The translations under genes were made by a program, and so were the position numbers. 64,000 nucleotides of DNA from NCBI RefSeq assembly GCF_009931435.1, contig NZ_CP043414.1, one strand, 5' to 3'. Shown piece after piece: positions 48,219 through 60,139 of the stretch. The number at the start of each line of letters is the position of its first letter. The stretch's first letter is position 1. Source of the DNA: Escherichia coli. GTDB taxonomy: Bacteria > Pseudomonadota > Gammaproteobacteria > Enterobacterales > Enterobacteriaceae. Below the pieces are notes generated by a model. It saw nothing but the letters and a program-made list of their open reading frames with translations, did not search any database and was not told where the DNA came from.

Positions 48219-49304
48219 ATGAAGACGTTTCCTCTGCAAAGCCTGACGCTTATTGAGGCGCAGCAAAAGCAGTTTGCGCTGGTGGATAGCATTTGCCGTC
48301 ACTTTCCCGGCGCGGAGTTTCTTACCCGCGGGGATTTAGGCTTAACGCCAGGGCTGAATCAACCGCGCATTACCCAGCGTGTGGAACAGGTGCTGGCTGA
48401 CGCGTTTCATGCGCCAGCGGCGGCGCTGGTACAGGGCGCGGGTACTGGAGCGATTCGTGCGGCGTTGGCGGCTTTGCTCAAACCGGGGCAGCGTCTTCTG
48501 GTGCATGACGCGCCGGTTTACCCGACGACTCAGGTCATTATTGAGCAGATGGGGCTGACGCTTATTACTGCTGATTTCAACGACCTGTCGGCGCTTAAAC
48601 AGGCCATTGAAGAGCAACAACCTGATGCCGCGCTGGTGCAGCATACGCGCCAACAGCCGCAGGACAGCTATGTGCTGGCAGATGTGCTGGCAACATTGCG
48701 TTCGGCTGGCGTTCCTGCGTTAACCGATGACAATTATGCGGTGATGAAGGTGGCGCGCATTGGCTGCGAATGCGGCGCGAATGTTTCGACATTCTCCTGT
48801 TTCAAGCTGTTTGGACCAGAGGGTGTTGGCGCAGTGGTAGGTGATGCCGATGTTATTAACCGGATCCGCGCCACGCTCTATTCCGGCGGCAGTCAGATCC
48901 AGGGCGCACAGGCGCTGGAAGTATTGCGTGGTCTGGTGTTTGCGCCAGTGATGCACGCGGTGCAGGCGGGGGTATCTGAACGGTTGCTGGCTTTACTTAA
49001 CGGTGGCGCAGTGGCGGAAGTGAAAAGCGCCGTTATTGCCAATGCGCAGTCGAAGGTGTTGATTGTGGAGTTTCATCAACCGATTGCCGCCAGAGTGCTT
49101 GAAGAGGCGCAAAAGCGCGGTGCCTTGCCTTACCCGGTGGGTGCAGAGTCGAAATATGAAATCCCGCCGCTCTTCTATCGACTTTCAGGAACGTTTCGTC
49201 AGGCGAATCCACAACTCGAACATTGCGCGATTCGCATTAACCCGAATCGCAGCGGTGAAGAGACGGTGCTGCGGATTTTGCGTGAGAGTATTGCCAGCGT
49301 TTAA
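48219..49304 (+). CDS. yhfS: PLP-dependent aminotransferase-like protein YhfS
   Basis: 361-aa ORF recognised as YhfS; last gene of the cluster. Confidence 0.85.
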   Translation: MKTFPLQSLTLIEAQQKQFALVDSICRHFPGAEFLTRGDLGLTPGLNQPRITQRVEQVLADAFHAPAAALVQGAGTGAIRAALAALLKPGQRLLVHDAPVYPTTQVIIEQMGLTLITADFNDLSALKQAIEEQQPDAALVQHTRQQPQDSYVLADVLATLRSAGVPALTDDNYAVMKVARIGCECGANVSTFSCFKLFGPEGVGAVVGDADVINRIRATLYSGGSQIQGAQALEVLRGLVFAPVMHAVQAGVSERLLALLNGGAVAEVKSAVIANAQSKVLIVEFHQPIAARVLEEAQKRGALPYPVGAESKYEIPPLFYRLSGTFRQANPQLEHCAIRINPNRSGEETVLRILRESIASV

Positions 49305-49343
49305 TTCTGGGACCGATGTTTTCGCAGAGTATGGAGAAAAATA

Positions 49344-49367
49344 CGCCCTCGGAAAATTCAGAGGGCG
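49344..49367. terminator. bidirectional terminator between yhfS and yhfL
   Basis: cgccctc ggaaaattca gagggcg between two convergent stop codons. Confidence 0.6.
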
Positions 49368-49408
49368 TTAGCTCATTAAATCGGTGTTAGCCGATTTCTG
49401 TCAGAGAC

Positions 49409-49576
49409 TTACTGTGCAGTAGGACCGCAACCGCCAATGATTTTAGAAATAGAAATTGCCGGGTGCAGCAGGTAGTCGTAAGAGCAGTTCTTATCACGGT
49501 TTTCAATATGACCAGTACATGCAGTTAACGTAGCCAGTACCGCACCAACCAGTGCAACTTTAATAAATTTGTTCAT
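49409..49576 (-). CDS. yhfL: small lipoprotein YhfL
   Basis: 55-aa ORF (below ORF-track cutoff) translated by hand: MNKFIKVALVGAVLATLTACTGHIENRDKNCSYDYLLHPAISISKIIGGCGPTAQ; lipobox LTAC. Confidence 0.85.
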   Translation of the reverse strand: MNKFIKVALVGAVLATLTACTGHIENRDKNCSYDYLLHPAISISKIIGGCGPTAQ

Positions 49577-49822
49577 TTACATTCCCTATGTATTATATAT
49601 TAATTAATATTCATTGATTATATGAATATAAGCAGACTGCTCATTAAGAACGATACAGGAATATTTAATTGGCGTCAGTGAGTGAATGACTTAATTTTGT
49701 AAGTCGCTGTAACGGTGAAAATAACCCATTAGCAAATGATATTTACTAAGAGGCTATGATTTATTTACTGAATATATAAAAAGAGTGATAAAGAGGGCCA
49801 GAATTCTCTGGCCCGGGTAAAA

Positions 49823-51196
49823 TTAATGGTTAGAGAACCAGTTCAATTTATCGCGCAGGCCAACGACCCGACCAATAATAATTAATGAGGGGCTGTTCAT
49901 TTGCTGCGCCAGCTCGCCCAGTTGCGTGAGCGTACCGTCAATCACGCGTTGCGTTACCGCCGTTCCGTTTTCGACAATTGCCACCGGCATTTCGCCAGGC
50001 ATACCGTGTTCAATCAGCTTTTGCTGAATAGTCGCGGCCTGATTCAACCCCATATAGAACACCAGCGTCTGTTTTTCTGCCGCCAGGTTTTCCCAGTCCA
50101 GTTCGCCACCGGTTTTTAAGTGTCCGGTAATTAAGCGTACGCTCTGGGCATAATCGCGATGCGTGAGCGGAATGCCCGAATAGGCAGAGCAACCAGACGC
50201 TGCGGTAATACCTGGAACCACCGAGAATGGAATGCCTGCATTGCACAGTGTTTCCAGCTCTTCGCCACCACGGCCAAAAATAAACGGATCGCCGCCTTTC
50301 AGCCGCACCACGCGTTTGCCTTTTTGCGCTTCCCGCAGCAGGATCTGGTTAATCTCTTCCTGCGGTACGCAGTGGTATCCCGCGCGTTTACCGACGAAGA
50401 CACGATCCGCATCGCGCCGTACCAGATTCATAATATCGTCTGAAACCAGACGGTCGTAGACCACCACATCTGCCTGCTGAATTTGTTGCAGACCTTTCAG
50501 CGTCAGCAGACCGGCATCGCCCGGACCTGCGCCAACCAGCACCACTTCACCGCGATGATCGAGCGGTTCATTGATTAACTGTTCGGTCGTTTCGGTAATG
50601 GCTTTCTGATCGTTGTTCGCCAGCGACTGCGCCAGGCGATCATTAACGAACAGTTTTTCCCAGAAACGGCGACGTTCACCCATCGTGGCGAACTGTCGTT
50701 TGACCCGACCGCGTAACTGCCCCGCATATTTTGCTACCTGGCCGAGATGCAGCGGCAGCAGTGATTCAAGTTTTTCGCGCAACAGTCGCGCCAGAACCGG
50801 AGAGGTGCCGCCAGAGGAGACCGCTACCATGAGCGGGGAGCGGTCAATAATCGACGGCATAATAAAGCTGGCGGCTTTCGGCGCATCGACCACGTTACAG
50901 AAGATACGACGAGATTCGGCGGCTTCGCTGACGCGCTGGTTAAGCGCGTCATCATTCGTCGCCGCAATTGCCAGCCAGCAGGTGTCGAGAAGGCTTTCAT
51001 CAAATGGCCCTTCGACGAGGGTTAACATGCCTGCATCTGCCCATGCGGTGAACTGTGGAATAAACGCTAATGCATTCACCGTTAAGCGAGCACCTGCGTC
51101 TAACAGCAACCTTGCTTTGCGTTCCGCGACATCACCACCGCCGACAATCAAACAGTCGCGGTCGCGTAATTGGCAAAATATAGGCAAATGATCCAC
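49823..51196 (-). CDS. cysG: siroheme synthase
   Basis: 457 aa recognised as CysG. Confidence 0.95.
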   Translation of the reverse strand: MDHLPIFCQLRDRDCLIVGGGDVAERKARLLLDAGARLTVNALAFIPQFTAWADAGMLTLVEGPFDESLLDTCWLAIAATNDDALNQRVSEAAESRRIFCNVVDAPKAASFIMPSIIDRSPLMVAVSSGGTSPVLARLLREKLESLLPLHLGQVAKYAGQLRGRVKRQFATMGERRRFWEKLFVNDRLAQSLANNDQKAITETTEQLINEPLDHRGEVVLVGAGPGDAGLLTLKGLQQIQQADVVVYDRLVSDDIMNLVRRDADRVFVGKRAGYHCVPQEEINQILLREAQKGKRVVRLKGGDPFIFGRGGEELETLCNAGIPFSVVPGITAASGCSAYSGIPLTHRDYAQSVRLITGHLKTGGELDWENLAAEKQTLVFYMGLNQAATIQQKLIEHGMPGEMPVAIVENGTAVTQRVIDGTLTQLGELAQQMNSPSLIIIGRVVGLRDKLNWFSNH

Positions 51197-51214
51197 GTAA
51201 AAACCCCTTAATAA

Positions 51215-52021
51215 TTAACCGGCAGCCGTTTCAGTTTGATTAAATTTGTCCGCAACCGGACGATTAGCTTTCGGCGTAGCATACCAATAACCCAATCCCA
51301 TGAATACGGCACCCGATAAAGTATTACCCAGCGTCACCCACAGCAGGTTATGACCAATACCCGCCAGCGTGTAGGCTTCGCTGTGGTTGCCGAACCATGA
51401 GAGCGCGAACAGCGTCATGTTAGCGATGGAGTGCTCGTAACCGGACGCAATAAACGCCAGCAGACACCACCAGATTGCGATAAATTTCGCCGCGCCTTCA
51501 GTACGCAGTGCCATCCAGATTGCCAGACAAACCAGCCAGTTACACAATGCGCCTTTGAAGAACAGTACCATTGCCGGTGCGGTGGTTTTAGCCAGCGCGA
51601 CGGAGTGAACAATACTGGTATCTATTGGTAAAAGGCTACCACCGCCCCAGCTATAAAGCATGGCAACAAAGACGGAACCGACCAGGTTACCCAGCCAGGT
51701 TTGCGGCAGGATTGCCCACATTTGCCCGTGGCTAATGGTGCCCGCTTTCACCCCAAAGGTGAGGAACATGGTGTGTCCGGTGAACAGTTCAGAACCGGCG
51801 ATAATGACCAGCGTTAAAGCGATACCAAAGGTCGCGCCCATCACCAGAGGACGTACGGACGGATCGAGCAAATTACCGAGCGTGAAAATCAGGATGATCC
51901 CCAGCCCCACATACGCGCCCGCCATCGCGGAGCTTACCCAGAAGCCGAGCGGGTTATTTGCCGACAGGCGTGCAATGCGCGCAGCGTTAGCCGCACACTT
52001 ATTAATAGTGTCTGTAAACAT
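51215..52021 (-). CDS. nirC: nitrite transporter NirC (FNT family)
   Basis: 268-aa membrane protein recognised as NirC. Confidence 0.94.
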   Translation of the reverse strand: MFTDTINKCAANAARIARLSANNPLGFWVSSAMAGAYVGLGIILIFTLGNLLDPSVRPLVMGATFGIALTLVIIAGSELFTGHTMFLTFGVKAGTISHGQMWAILPQTWLGNLVGSVFVAMLYSWGGGSLLPIDTSIVHSVALAKTTAPAMVLFFKGALCNWLVCLAIWMALRTEGAAKFIAIWWCLLAFIASGYEHSIANMTLFALSWFGNHSEAYTLAGIGHNLLWVTLGNTLSGAVFMGLGYWYATPKANRPVADKFNQTETAAG

Positions 52022-52147
52022 TTGATTATCCTTTAAAAAATAAAAACAAAAAATAAAACAAAAAGTTTAAAAAATGTCCTGCAATATACTTAAGGTCATT
52101 ACAGGACAATGCAAAAAGGGGAGGCATTGCGCCTCCCGTTAAAACAA

Positions 52148-52474
52148 TTAACCGCGTAGCTGTACCACGCCGTCTTTCACTCGTGCCTCGTAATGCTTGA
52201 CGGAAAACTGTTCATCTTCCATGCATAAACCGTCGCTTAAGCGAAAACGCTGTTTTTTCAGCGGACTGGCGACCCACAGCTCGCCCTGGTGTTCCGCAAT
52301 CAGCCCGCGTGACAGCACGCTGGATTCGAAGAACGGATCGATGTTGCTGATCGCAAACACCTGGTCGCTGTGATACGGGCGGAAAATCGCTACCTGCTCG
52401 TCACCTAACAGCGCGCAGACGCCGGTTTCAGGCAGGATGTCATCAATTTTGCAGATGTCTTTCCACTGGCTCAT
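52148..52474 (-). CDS. nirD: nitrite reductase small subunit
   Basis: 108 aa; start overlaps nirB stop. Confidence 0.94.
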   Translation of the reverse strand: MSQWKDICKIDDILPETGVCALLGDEQVAIFRPYHSDQVFAISNIDPFFESSVLSRGLIAEHQGELWVASPLKKQRFRLSDGLCMEDEQFSVKHYEARVKDGVVQLRG

Positions 52475-55014
52475 GCGTTGTCCTCCACCAGAGTTACCGG
52501 GATACGTTCATACGGCGTTGCCGGACGGTGCTGTTCGCGCTCTGGCACCATCTGCACGTTCGGGTCACGCTTGTCGCTGTTGATGAAGTGTTTGAAGCGA
52601 ATCTGCGCGGACGGTGTATTGACCGTTTCAGTCCACTCACACACTACCGCTTCACGCAGGCGCGCCATCTCTTCTTCCAGATGTGCGTTCAGCCCCAGTT
52701 TGTCGTCAATGATCACCGCTTTCAGGTAATCAATGCCGCCTTCGAGGTTTTCTAACCACGGTGCGGTACGCGTCAGTTTGTCGGCAGTACGGATGTAGAA
52801 CATCATGAAGCGGTCAAGATATTTGATCAGTGTTTCGCGATCGATATCCGCTGCCAGCAGATCCGCATGACGCGGTTTCATGCCGCCGTTACCGCACACA
52901 TACAGGTTCCAGCCTTTTTCAGTGGCGATAATACCCACATCTTTACCTTGCGCTTCTGAACATTCACGGGTACAGCCGGAGACACCGAACTTCATTTTGT
53001 GCGGCGTACGGATGCCTTTGTAGCGGTTTTCCAGTTCCACGCCGAGGCCGACGCTGTCGCCAACGCCGTAGCGGCACCAGGTGCTACCCACGCAGGTTTT
53101 CGCCATACGCAGTGCTTTCGCATAGGCATGACCGGTTTCGAAACCTGCTTCAATCAGCTGACGCCAGATCTCCGGCAGATCGTCTTTCTGTGCGCCAAAC
53201 ATCGCCAGACGCTGGGAGCCGGTGATTTTGGTGTAGAGATTAAATTCACGCGCGATACGACCCACTGCCATCAGCCCTTCTGGGGTGATTTCACCACCTG
53301 GAGAACGCGGGATCACCGAGTAGGTGCCGTCTTTCTGGATGTTCGCGAGGAAGTTGTCGTTAGAATCCTGTAGCGGAGTATGTTCCGGCTTCAGAATGTA
53401 TTCGTTCCAGCAGGAGGCCAGCAGTGAACCGACGGTCGGTTTACAAACCTCACAACCGTAGCCTTTACCGTGTTTCGCCAGCAGTTCTTCGAAGGTTTTA
53501 ATGCCTTCAACGCGGATCAAATGGAACAGTTCCTGACGTGAATAAGCAAAGTGTTCGCACAGGTTATTGTTAACTTCGATACCCTGTTTTGCCAGTTCCG
53601 CGTTCAGTACCTGAGTGACCAGCGGGATACAGCCACCGCAGCCAGTACCCGCTTTGGTTTCGGCTTTCAGCGCCGCAACGGTGTGGCAGCCTTTGTTGAT
53701 GGCAGCAATCAGATCGCCTTTGGTGACGTCGAAGCAGGAGCAGATTTGCGCGCTGTCCGGCAGTTTATCAACACCAATAGACGGCTTGCCGCTACCTGAG
53801 TGCGCCGGCAGAATCAGAGAATCCGGGTTTTCCGGCAGCTCGATTGCGTTCAGCACCAGTTGCAGCAGGTTACCGTAGTCGCTGGTATCACCCACCAGTA
53901 CTGCACCGAGCAGGGTTTTGTTGTCTTCGCTGACAATCAGGCGTTTGTAGATCTCTTTACTTTCGTCGAGGTAAACGTAGCTACGTGCGCCAGGCGTGCG
54001 ACCGTGAGCATCACCAATACCGCCTACGTCTACGCCCAGCAATTTCAGCTTGGCGCTAAGGTCAGCACCTTCAAAGGCGTTTTCGCTACCGAGAATATGG
54101 TCAACGGCGACCTGCGCCATTTTGTAGCCAGGTGCTACCAGACCAAATACACGGTTGTTCCAGCTTGCGCATTCACCGATGGCGTAGATATCTGGATCGG
54201 AAGTCTGGCAGGAATCATTAATGACGATACCCCCACGCGGAGCAACTTCCAGACCACACTGGGTTGCCAGCTTATCGCGCGGACGGATACCGGTAGAGAA
54301 GACGATAAAGTCGACTTCCAGTTCGCTGCCGTCGGCAAAACGCATGGTTTTACGCGCTTCAACACCTTCCTGCACAATCTCAAGGGTGTTTTTGCTGGTG
54401 TGAACGCGCACGCCCATACTTTCGATTTTGCGACGCAGCTGCTCGCCGCCCATCTGATCAAGCTGTTCCGCCATCAGCATAGGGGCAAATTCGATAACGT
54501 GGGTTTCAATGCCTAAGTTTTTCAGCGCGCCAGCGGCTTCCAGACCTAACAGGCCGCCACCAACAACGGCACCGCGTTTGCTGCGACGGGCGCAGGATTC
54601 AATGGCGTTGAGGTCTTCAATGGTGCGATAGACAAAGCAGTCCTGAGTATCAGAACCTTTAATTGGCGGGATCCACGGGTAGGAACCGGTCGCCATGATC
54701 AGCTTGTCATAAAAAACGGTGCGCCCGGCGCTGGAGTGAATCACCTTCTCCTGACGGTTGATGGTGATAGCGCGTTCGCCGACCAGAACTTTAATACCGT
54801 GTTTTTCGTAAAAGCCTTCGCGCACCAGCGACAGCTCTTCGGCGGTGTGGTGAGAGAAGTAAGACGAGAGGTGTACGCGGTCATAAGCGATGCGCGGTTC
54901 TTCACAGAAAACGGTAATATCAAAGTTGGCCGCATCAGATTTATCAAGAAGATCTTCGATAAAGCGATGGCCGACCATACCGTTACCGATAATTGCGAGT
55001 CTGACTTTGCTCAT
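52471..55014 (-). CDS. nirB: NADH-dependent nitrite reductase large subunit
   Basis: 847 aa; N-terminal FAD/NAD fold (IIGNGMVG) and siroheme/Fe-S region. Confidence 0.96.
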   Translation of the reverse strand: MSKVRLAIIGNGMVGHRFIEDLLDKSDAANFDITVFCEEPRIAYDRVHLSSYFSHHTAEELSLVREGFYEKHGIKVLVGERAITINRQEKVIHSSAGRTVFYDKLIMATGSYPWIPPIKGSDTQDCFVYRTIEDLNAIESCARRSKRGAVVGGGLLGLEAAGALKNLGIETHVIEFAPMLMAEQLDQMGGEQLRRKIESMGVRVHTSKNTLEIVQEGVEARKTMRFADGSELEVDFIVFSTGIRPRDKLATQCGLEVAPRGGIVINDSCQTSDPDIYAIGECASWNNRVFGLVAPGYKMAQVAVDHILGSENAFEGADLSAKLKLLGVDVGGIGDAHGRTPGARSYVYLDESKEIYKRLIVSEDNKTLLGAVLVGDTSDYGNLLQLVLNAIELPENPDSLILPAHSGSGKPSIGVDKLPDSAQICSCFDVTKGDLIAAINKGCHTVAALKAETKAGTGCGGCIPLVTQVLNAELAKQGIEVNNNLCEHFAYSRQELFHLIRVEGIKTFEELLAKHGKGYGCEVCKPTVGSLLASCWNEYILKPEHTPLQDSNDNFLANIQKDGTYSVIPRSPGGEITPEGLMAVGRIAREFNLYTKITGSQRLAMFGAQKDDLPEIWRQLIEAGFETGHAYAKALRMAKTCVGSTWCRYGVGDSVGLGVELENRYKGIRTPHKMKFGVSGCTRECSEAQGKDVGIIATEKGWNLYVCGNGGMKPRHADLLAADIDRETLIKYLDRFMMFYIRTADKLTRTAPWLENLEGGIDYLKAVIIDDKLGLNAHLEEEMARLREAVVCEWTETVNTPSAQIRFKHFINSDKRDPNVQMVPEREQHRPATPYERIPVTLVEDNA

Positions 55015-55072
55015 TTTTGCCTCGATTTCTTTTCTATTACCGCCTACCTTAACGATTCAGCAACCCCGCTTA

Positions 55073-55086
55073 TTGATGTAAATCAA
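55073..55086. promoter_or_regulatory. FNR binding site of the nir promoter
   Basis: TTGATgtaaATCAA, perfect FNR consensus half-sites, about 60 bp upstream of the nirB start codon. Confidence 0.8.
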
Positions 55087-55275
55087 ATTCACCTTTATAT
55101 ACTCCTTAAGAGGTATATTGCTGATTTGTATAAATTTTCTTAAGTCACGGAATTGTCTGACATTTCATTCGTGTGCAAAAAATAGACAAAATGAAAGGGT
55201 TTATAGAAATAGACGTACGTAGCGGGGTAAGTGAGGAAAAGGCCGGACGACGATAGCGCCGCCCGGCATGAGCAA

Positions 55276-56457
55276 TTAATGAGAGGTCAGGGTGTTATGC
55301 TGACGGTGACGGCTGACGAAACCTAACAGGAAGCACATTACAAAGACGACAGCGTACAGACCGTTTGCCGTCAGCAGCGCCGCCTTTGGACCGCTATGTT
55401 CAACAATCGGGCCGGTAACGACAAAGGTCAGCATGGTACCGATGGTCCCGCAAGTCAGGACAAAGTTAACCAGTTTTGGTGACGGTACTTTGGTTTGCTG
55501 TGAACCCAGGGTGATGATGGTGGTATAGATCGCGCTGGAGAAGAAGCCCAGGGCGAGAATTGACCACGCCATATGTGCCGGTGTTCCGGTGTTAAAGACG
55601 TACATCAGAATCGCAGCCAGACCGGCCAGTACGGTCAGAATACGTTGCAAATCAAAGAAGCGAAGAATAAAGCTGAACGCCCACATGCCGACCATATAGG
55701 ACATCCAGAAGTTACTCACCAGCGTACCTGCGTCGTTCAGGCTCATGCCCAGGCCTTTGGCATACTCTGGTACCCAGGAGATAAAACCTAACTGACCGAG
55801 GATGTAGCACAGCGCTGCAATTGAGAGAAACAGTACGCCGATGCCCCATTTTTCTTTCGCTACTGGAGCATCCGTTTTTGGCGCATGTTTGCCCAGTGCC
55901 GGAAACTCACAGCCGAAGGTCAGAATAAAAATAGCGACGTAAACCAGCCCGATGCAGGCATAAACCCAGTACCACTCAATGCTGCGCGCCAGTAGAAACG
56001 CGGCGATCATTGGGAAAATCATCCCAGCCATACTGAAGAAGGAGTCGGTAAATAACAGGCGGGAACCGCGCTGACGCCCTTCATACATTTGTGTTATCAG
56101 GAATGTACCAATCGACATAGTAATGCCGCTGACCACCCCGAGAATGAACATCGCCGCCGAGAACAGCGCCAGGCTGTGGCTAAACATCAAACCAGCAACC
56201 GCTAGCACCATCAGGAGAAAGCCAAAACGTAACTGCGTTTTTAACGGGACGATTTCCATCAGCCAGGCATTGAGGAAGATAGAGATTAAAATGCCAGCAT
56301 TGAGGAAGGTGAAGGTGTTACTCATACTGGAAACAGGCAGATTGAAATAATCGGCGATATTTCCCATCACCATCCCGGTGACAATAACCAACGCACCCGT
56401 CAGTGCGTAGGAGAGAAAGCTAATCCATGTGAGCTTGATGCGATTGCTGTTAGTCAT
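55276..56457 (-). CDS. tsgA: MFS transporter TsgA
   Basis: 393-aa membrane protein recognised as TsgA. Confidence 0.9.
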   Translation of the reverse strand: MTNSNRIKLTWISFLSYALTGALVIVTGMVMGNIADYFNLPVSSMSNTFTFLNAGILISIFLNAWLMEIVPLKTQLRFGFLLMVLAVAGLMFSHSLALFSAAMFILGVVSGITMSIGTFLITQMYEGRQRGSRLLFTDSFFSMAGMIFPMIAAFLLARSIEWYWVYACIGLVYVAIFILTFGCEFPALGKHAPKTDAPVAKEKWGIGVLFLSIAALCYILGQLGFISWVPEYAKGLGMSLNDAGTLVSNFWMSYMVGMWAFSFILRFFDLQRILTVLAGLAAILMYVFNTGTPAHMAWSILALGFFSSAIYTTIITLGSQQTKVPSPKLVNFVLTCGTIGTMLTFVVTGPIVEHSGPKAALLTANGLYAVVFVMCFLLGFVSRHRQHNTLTSH

Positions 56458-56717
56458 GATTGGCCTGCGTTCAAAAATAAAATGGCATAGCGGGATATGC
56501 CGCGAGCGGGCGATTTTAGGTGATTTTGTGATCTGTTTAAATGTTTTATTGCAATCGGTTGCTAAATTGCATTTTAAGGGTGATTTTGATCACGGAATAA
56601 AAAGTGATCGTCAGGTTACATATATTTCAGATACGTAAAATTAGGTAAAGGGATGGCCTTGTTCTTGAAGGCTATTTAGAATCTCTTCACTTGCTTTTTT
56701 TCTGCTCTGTTTGTTAA

Positions 56718-57299
<582 letters not shown>

Positions 57300-57306
57300 T
57301 GATTTC

Positions 57307-57336
57307 TCGCGCGGGCAATCTTGCCCGCGCTTCTGC
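57307..57336 (+). terminator. putative terminator after ppiA
   Basis: cgcgcgggcaa tc ttgcccgcgc hairpin followed by a T-rich tract. Confidence 0.55.
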
Positions 57337-57403
57337 TCTCCCGGCGTAACCCGGATTTGCCGCTTATACTTGTGGCAAATGGACACGTTCAGGGAGGCAT
57401 CAA

Positions 57404-57571
57404 GTGAAGAAACTCACCGATAAGCAAAAGTCCCGTCTCTGGGAGCTTCAGCGTAATCGTAATTTCCAGGCCAGTCGCCGTCTTGAAGGCGTCGAGATGC
57501 CATTAGTCACTCTTACTGCCGCAGAGGCTTTAGTGCGCCTTGAAGAGCTGAGGAGGCACTATGAGCGATAA
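57404..57571 (+). CDS. yhfG: small protein YhfG (Fic partner, antitoxin-like)
   Basis: 55-aa ORF with GTG start after AGGGAGG RBS ([22 protein letters not shown]...); stop overlaps fic start. Confidence 0.8.
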   Translation: MKKLTDKQKSRLWELQRNRNFQASRRLEGVEMPLVTLTAAEALVRLEELRRHYER

Positions 57572-58163
57572 ATTCGGCGAAGGGCGCGATCCGTATCTTT
57601 ATCCTGGCCTTGATATCATGCGTAACCGGCTGAACATCCGCCAGCAACAGCGGCTGGAACAGGCCGCTTACGAAATGACGGCGCTGCGTGCTGCGACCAT
57701 TGAGCTTGGTCCGCTGGTGCGCGGTTTACCGCATTTGCGCACTATCCATCGCCAGCTGTATCAGGATATTTTCGACTGGGCGGGGCAACTGCGTGAAGTT
57801 GATATTTATCAGGGCGATACGCCTTTCTGCCACTTTGCTTATATCGAAAAAGAGGGCAATGCCCTGATGCAGGATCTGGAGGAAGAAGGGTATCTGGTTG
57901 GCCTGGAGAAAACGAAGTTCGTCGAGCGGCTGGCACACTACTATTGTGAAATCAACGTCCTGCATCCCTTCCGGGCGGGAAGTGGTCTGGCACAGCGGAT
58001 CTTCTTCGAGCAACTGGCGATTCATGCTGGTTATCAACTGAGCTGGCAGGGTATCGAAAAAGAGGCCTGGAATCAGGCAAATCAGAGTGGGGCAATGGGT
58101 GATCTCACTGCGCTGCAGACGATATTTAGCAAAGTGGTAAGCGAAGCCGGGGAATCTGAGTAA
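57561..58163 (+). CDS. fic: Fic-domain AMP transferase
   Basis: 200 aa; Fic motif [12 protein letters not shown]. Confidence 0.94.
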   Translation: MSDKFGEGRDPYLYPGLDIMRNRLNIRQQQRLEQAAYEMTALRAATIELGPLVRGLPHLRTIHRQLYQDIFDWAGQLREVDIYQGDTPFCHFAYIEKEGNALMQDLEEEGYLVGLEKTKFVERLAHYYCEINVLHPFRAGSGLAQRIFFEQLAIHAGYQLSWQGIEKEAWNQANQSGAMGDLTALQTIFSKVVSEAGESE

Positions 58164-58194
58164 AATAGCGCGGTTCTTTCGTACCGGAGCCGCC

Positions 58195-58758
58195 ATGATC
58201 CTGCTTATTGATAACTACGATTCTTTCACCTGGAACCTCTACCAGTATTTTTGTGAACTGGGGGCCGACGTGTTGGTTAAGCGCAACGATGCGTTAACGC
58301 TGGCGGATATCGACACACTCAAACCGCAGAAAATTGTTATCTCACCTGGACCCTGTACGCCGGACGACGCAGGGATCTCCCTGGACGTTATTCGCCACTA
58401 CGCCGGGAGTTTGCCGATTCTTGGCGTCTGCCTCGGTCATCAGGCAATGGCGCAGGCTTTTGGTGGCAAAGTTGTGCGCGCAGCAAAGGTCATGCACGGC
58501 AAAACCTCGCCGATCACACATAACGGTGAGGGCGTTTTTAAGGGGCTGGCAAATCCACTCACCGTGACACGCTACCATTCGCTGGTGGTGGAGCCTGACT
58601 CATTACCGGAGTGCTTTGAAGTGACGGCCTGGAGCGAAACCCGCGAGATTATGGGGATTCGTCATCGCCAGTGGGATCTGGAAGGTGTGCAGTTCCATCC
58701 AGAAAGTATTCTCAGCGAACAAGGGCATCAACTGCTGGCTAATTTCCTGGAACGCTGA
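58195..58758 (+). CDS. pabA: aminodeoxychorismate synthase glutamine amidotransferase subunit
   Basis: 187 aa; class I GATase (GVCLGHQ). Confidence 0.95.
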   Translation: MILLIDNYDSFTWNLYQYFCELGADVLVKRNDALTLADIDTLKPQKIVISPGPCTPDDAGISLDVIRHYAGSLPILGVCLGHQAMAQAFGGKVVRAAKVMHGKTSPITHNGEGVFKGLANPLTVTRYHSLVVEPDSLPECFEVTAWSETREIMGIRHRQWDLEGVQFHPESILSEQGHQLLANFLER

Positions 58759-58828
58759 TTTCTGATTGCCATTCAGTGATTTTTTATGCATATTTTGTGA
58801 TTATAATTTCACATTGAGTTATGCGTAA

Positions 58829-60064
<1,236 letters not shown>

Positions 60065-60098
60065 ATAAGACACGTCAGCGTCGCATCAGGCAAAAGAT

Positions 60099-60128
60099 GT
60101 CGGATGCGGCGTGAACGCTGTATCCGAA
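60099..60128. repeat. REP-like palindrome
   Basis: gtcggatgcggcgtgaacgctgtatccga between argD and yhfK. Confidence 0.55.
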
Positions 60129-60139
60129 GGTAGCCTGTA

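Noticed and set aside
50613-51191. 192-aa plus-strand ORF
   Set aside because: Antisense to cysG; Ser/Arg-rich non-coding frame.
53800-54516. 238-aa plus-strand ORF
   Set aside because: Antisense to nirB; shadow ORF.
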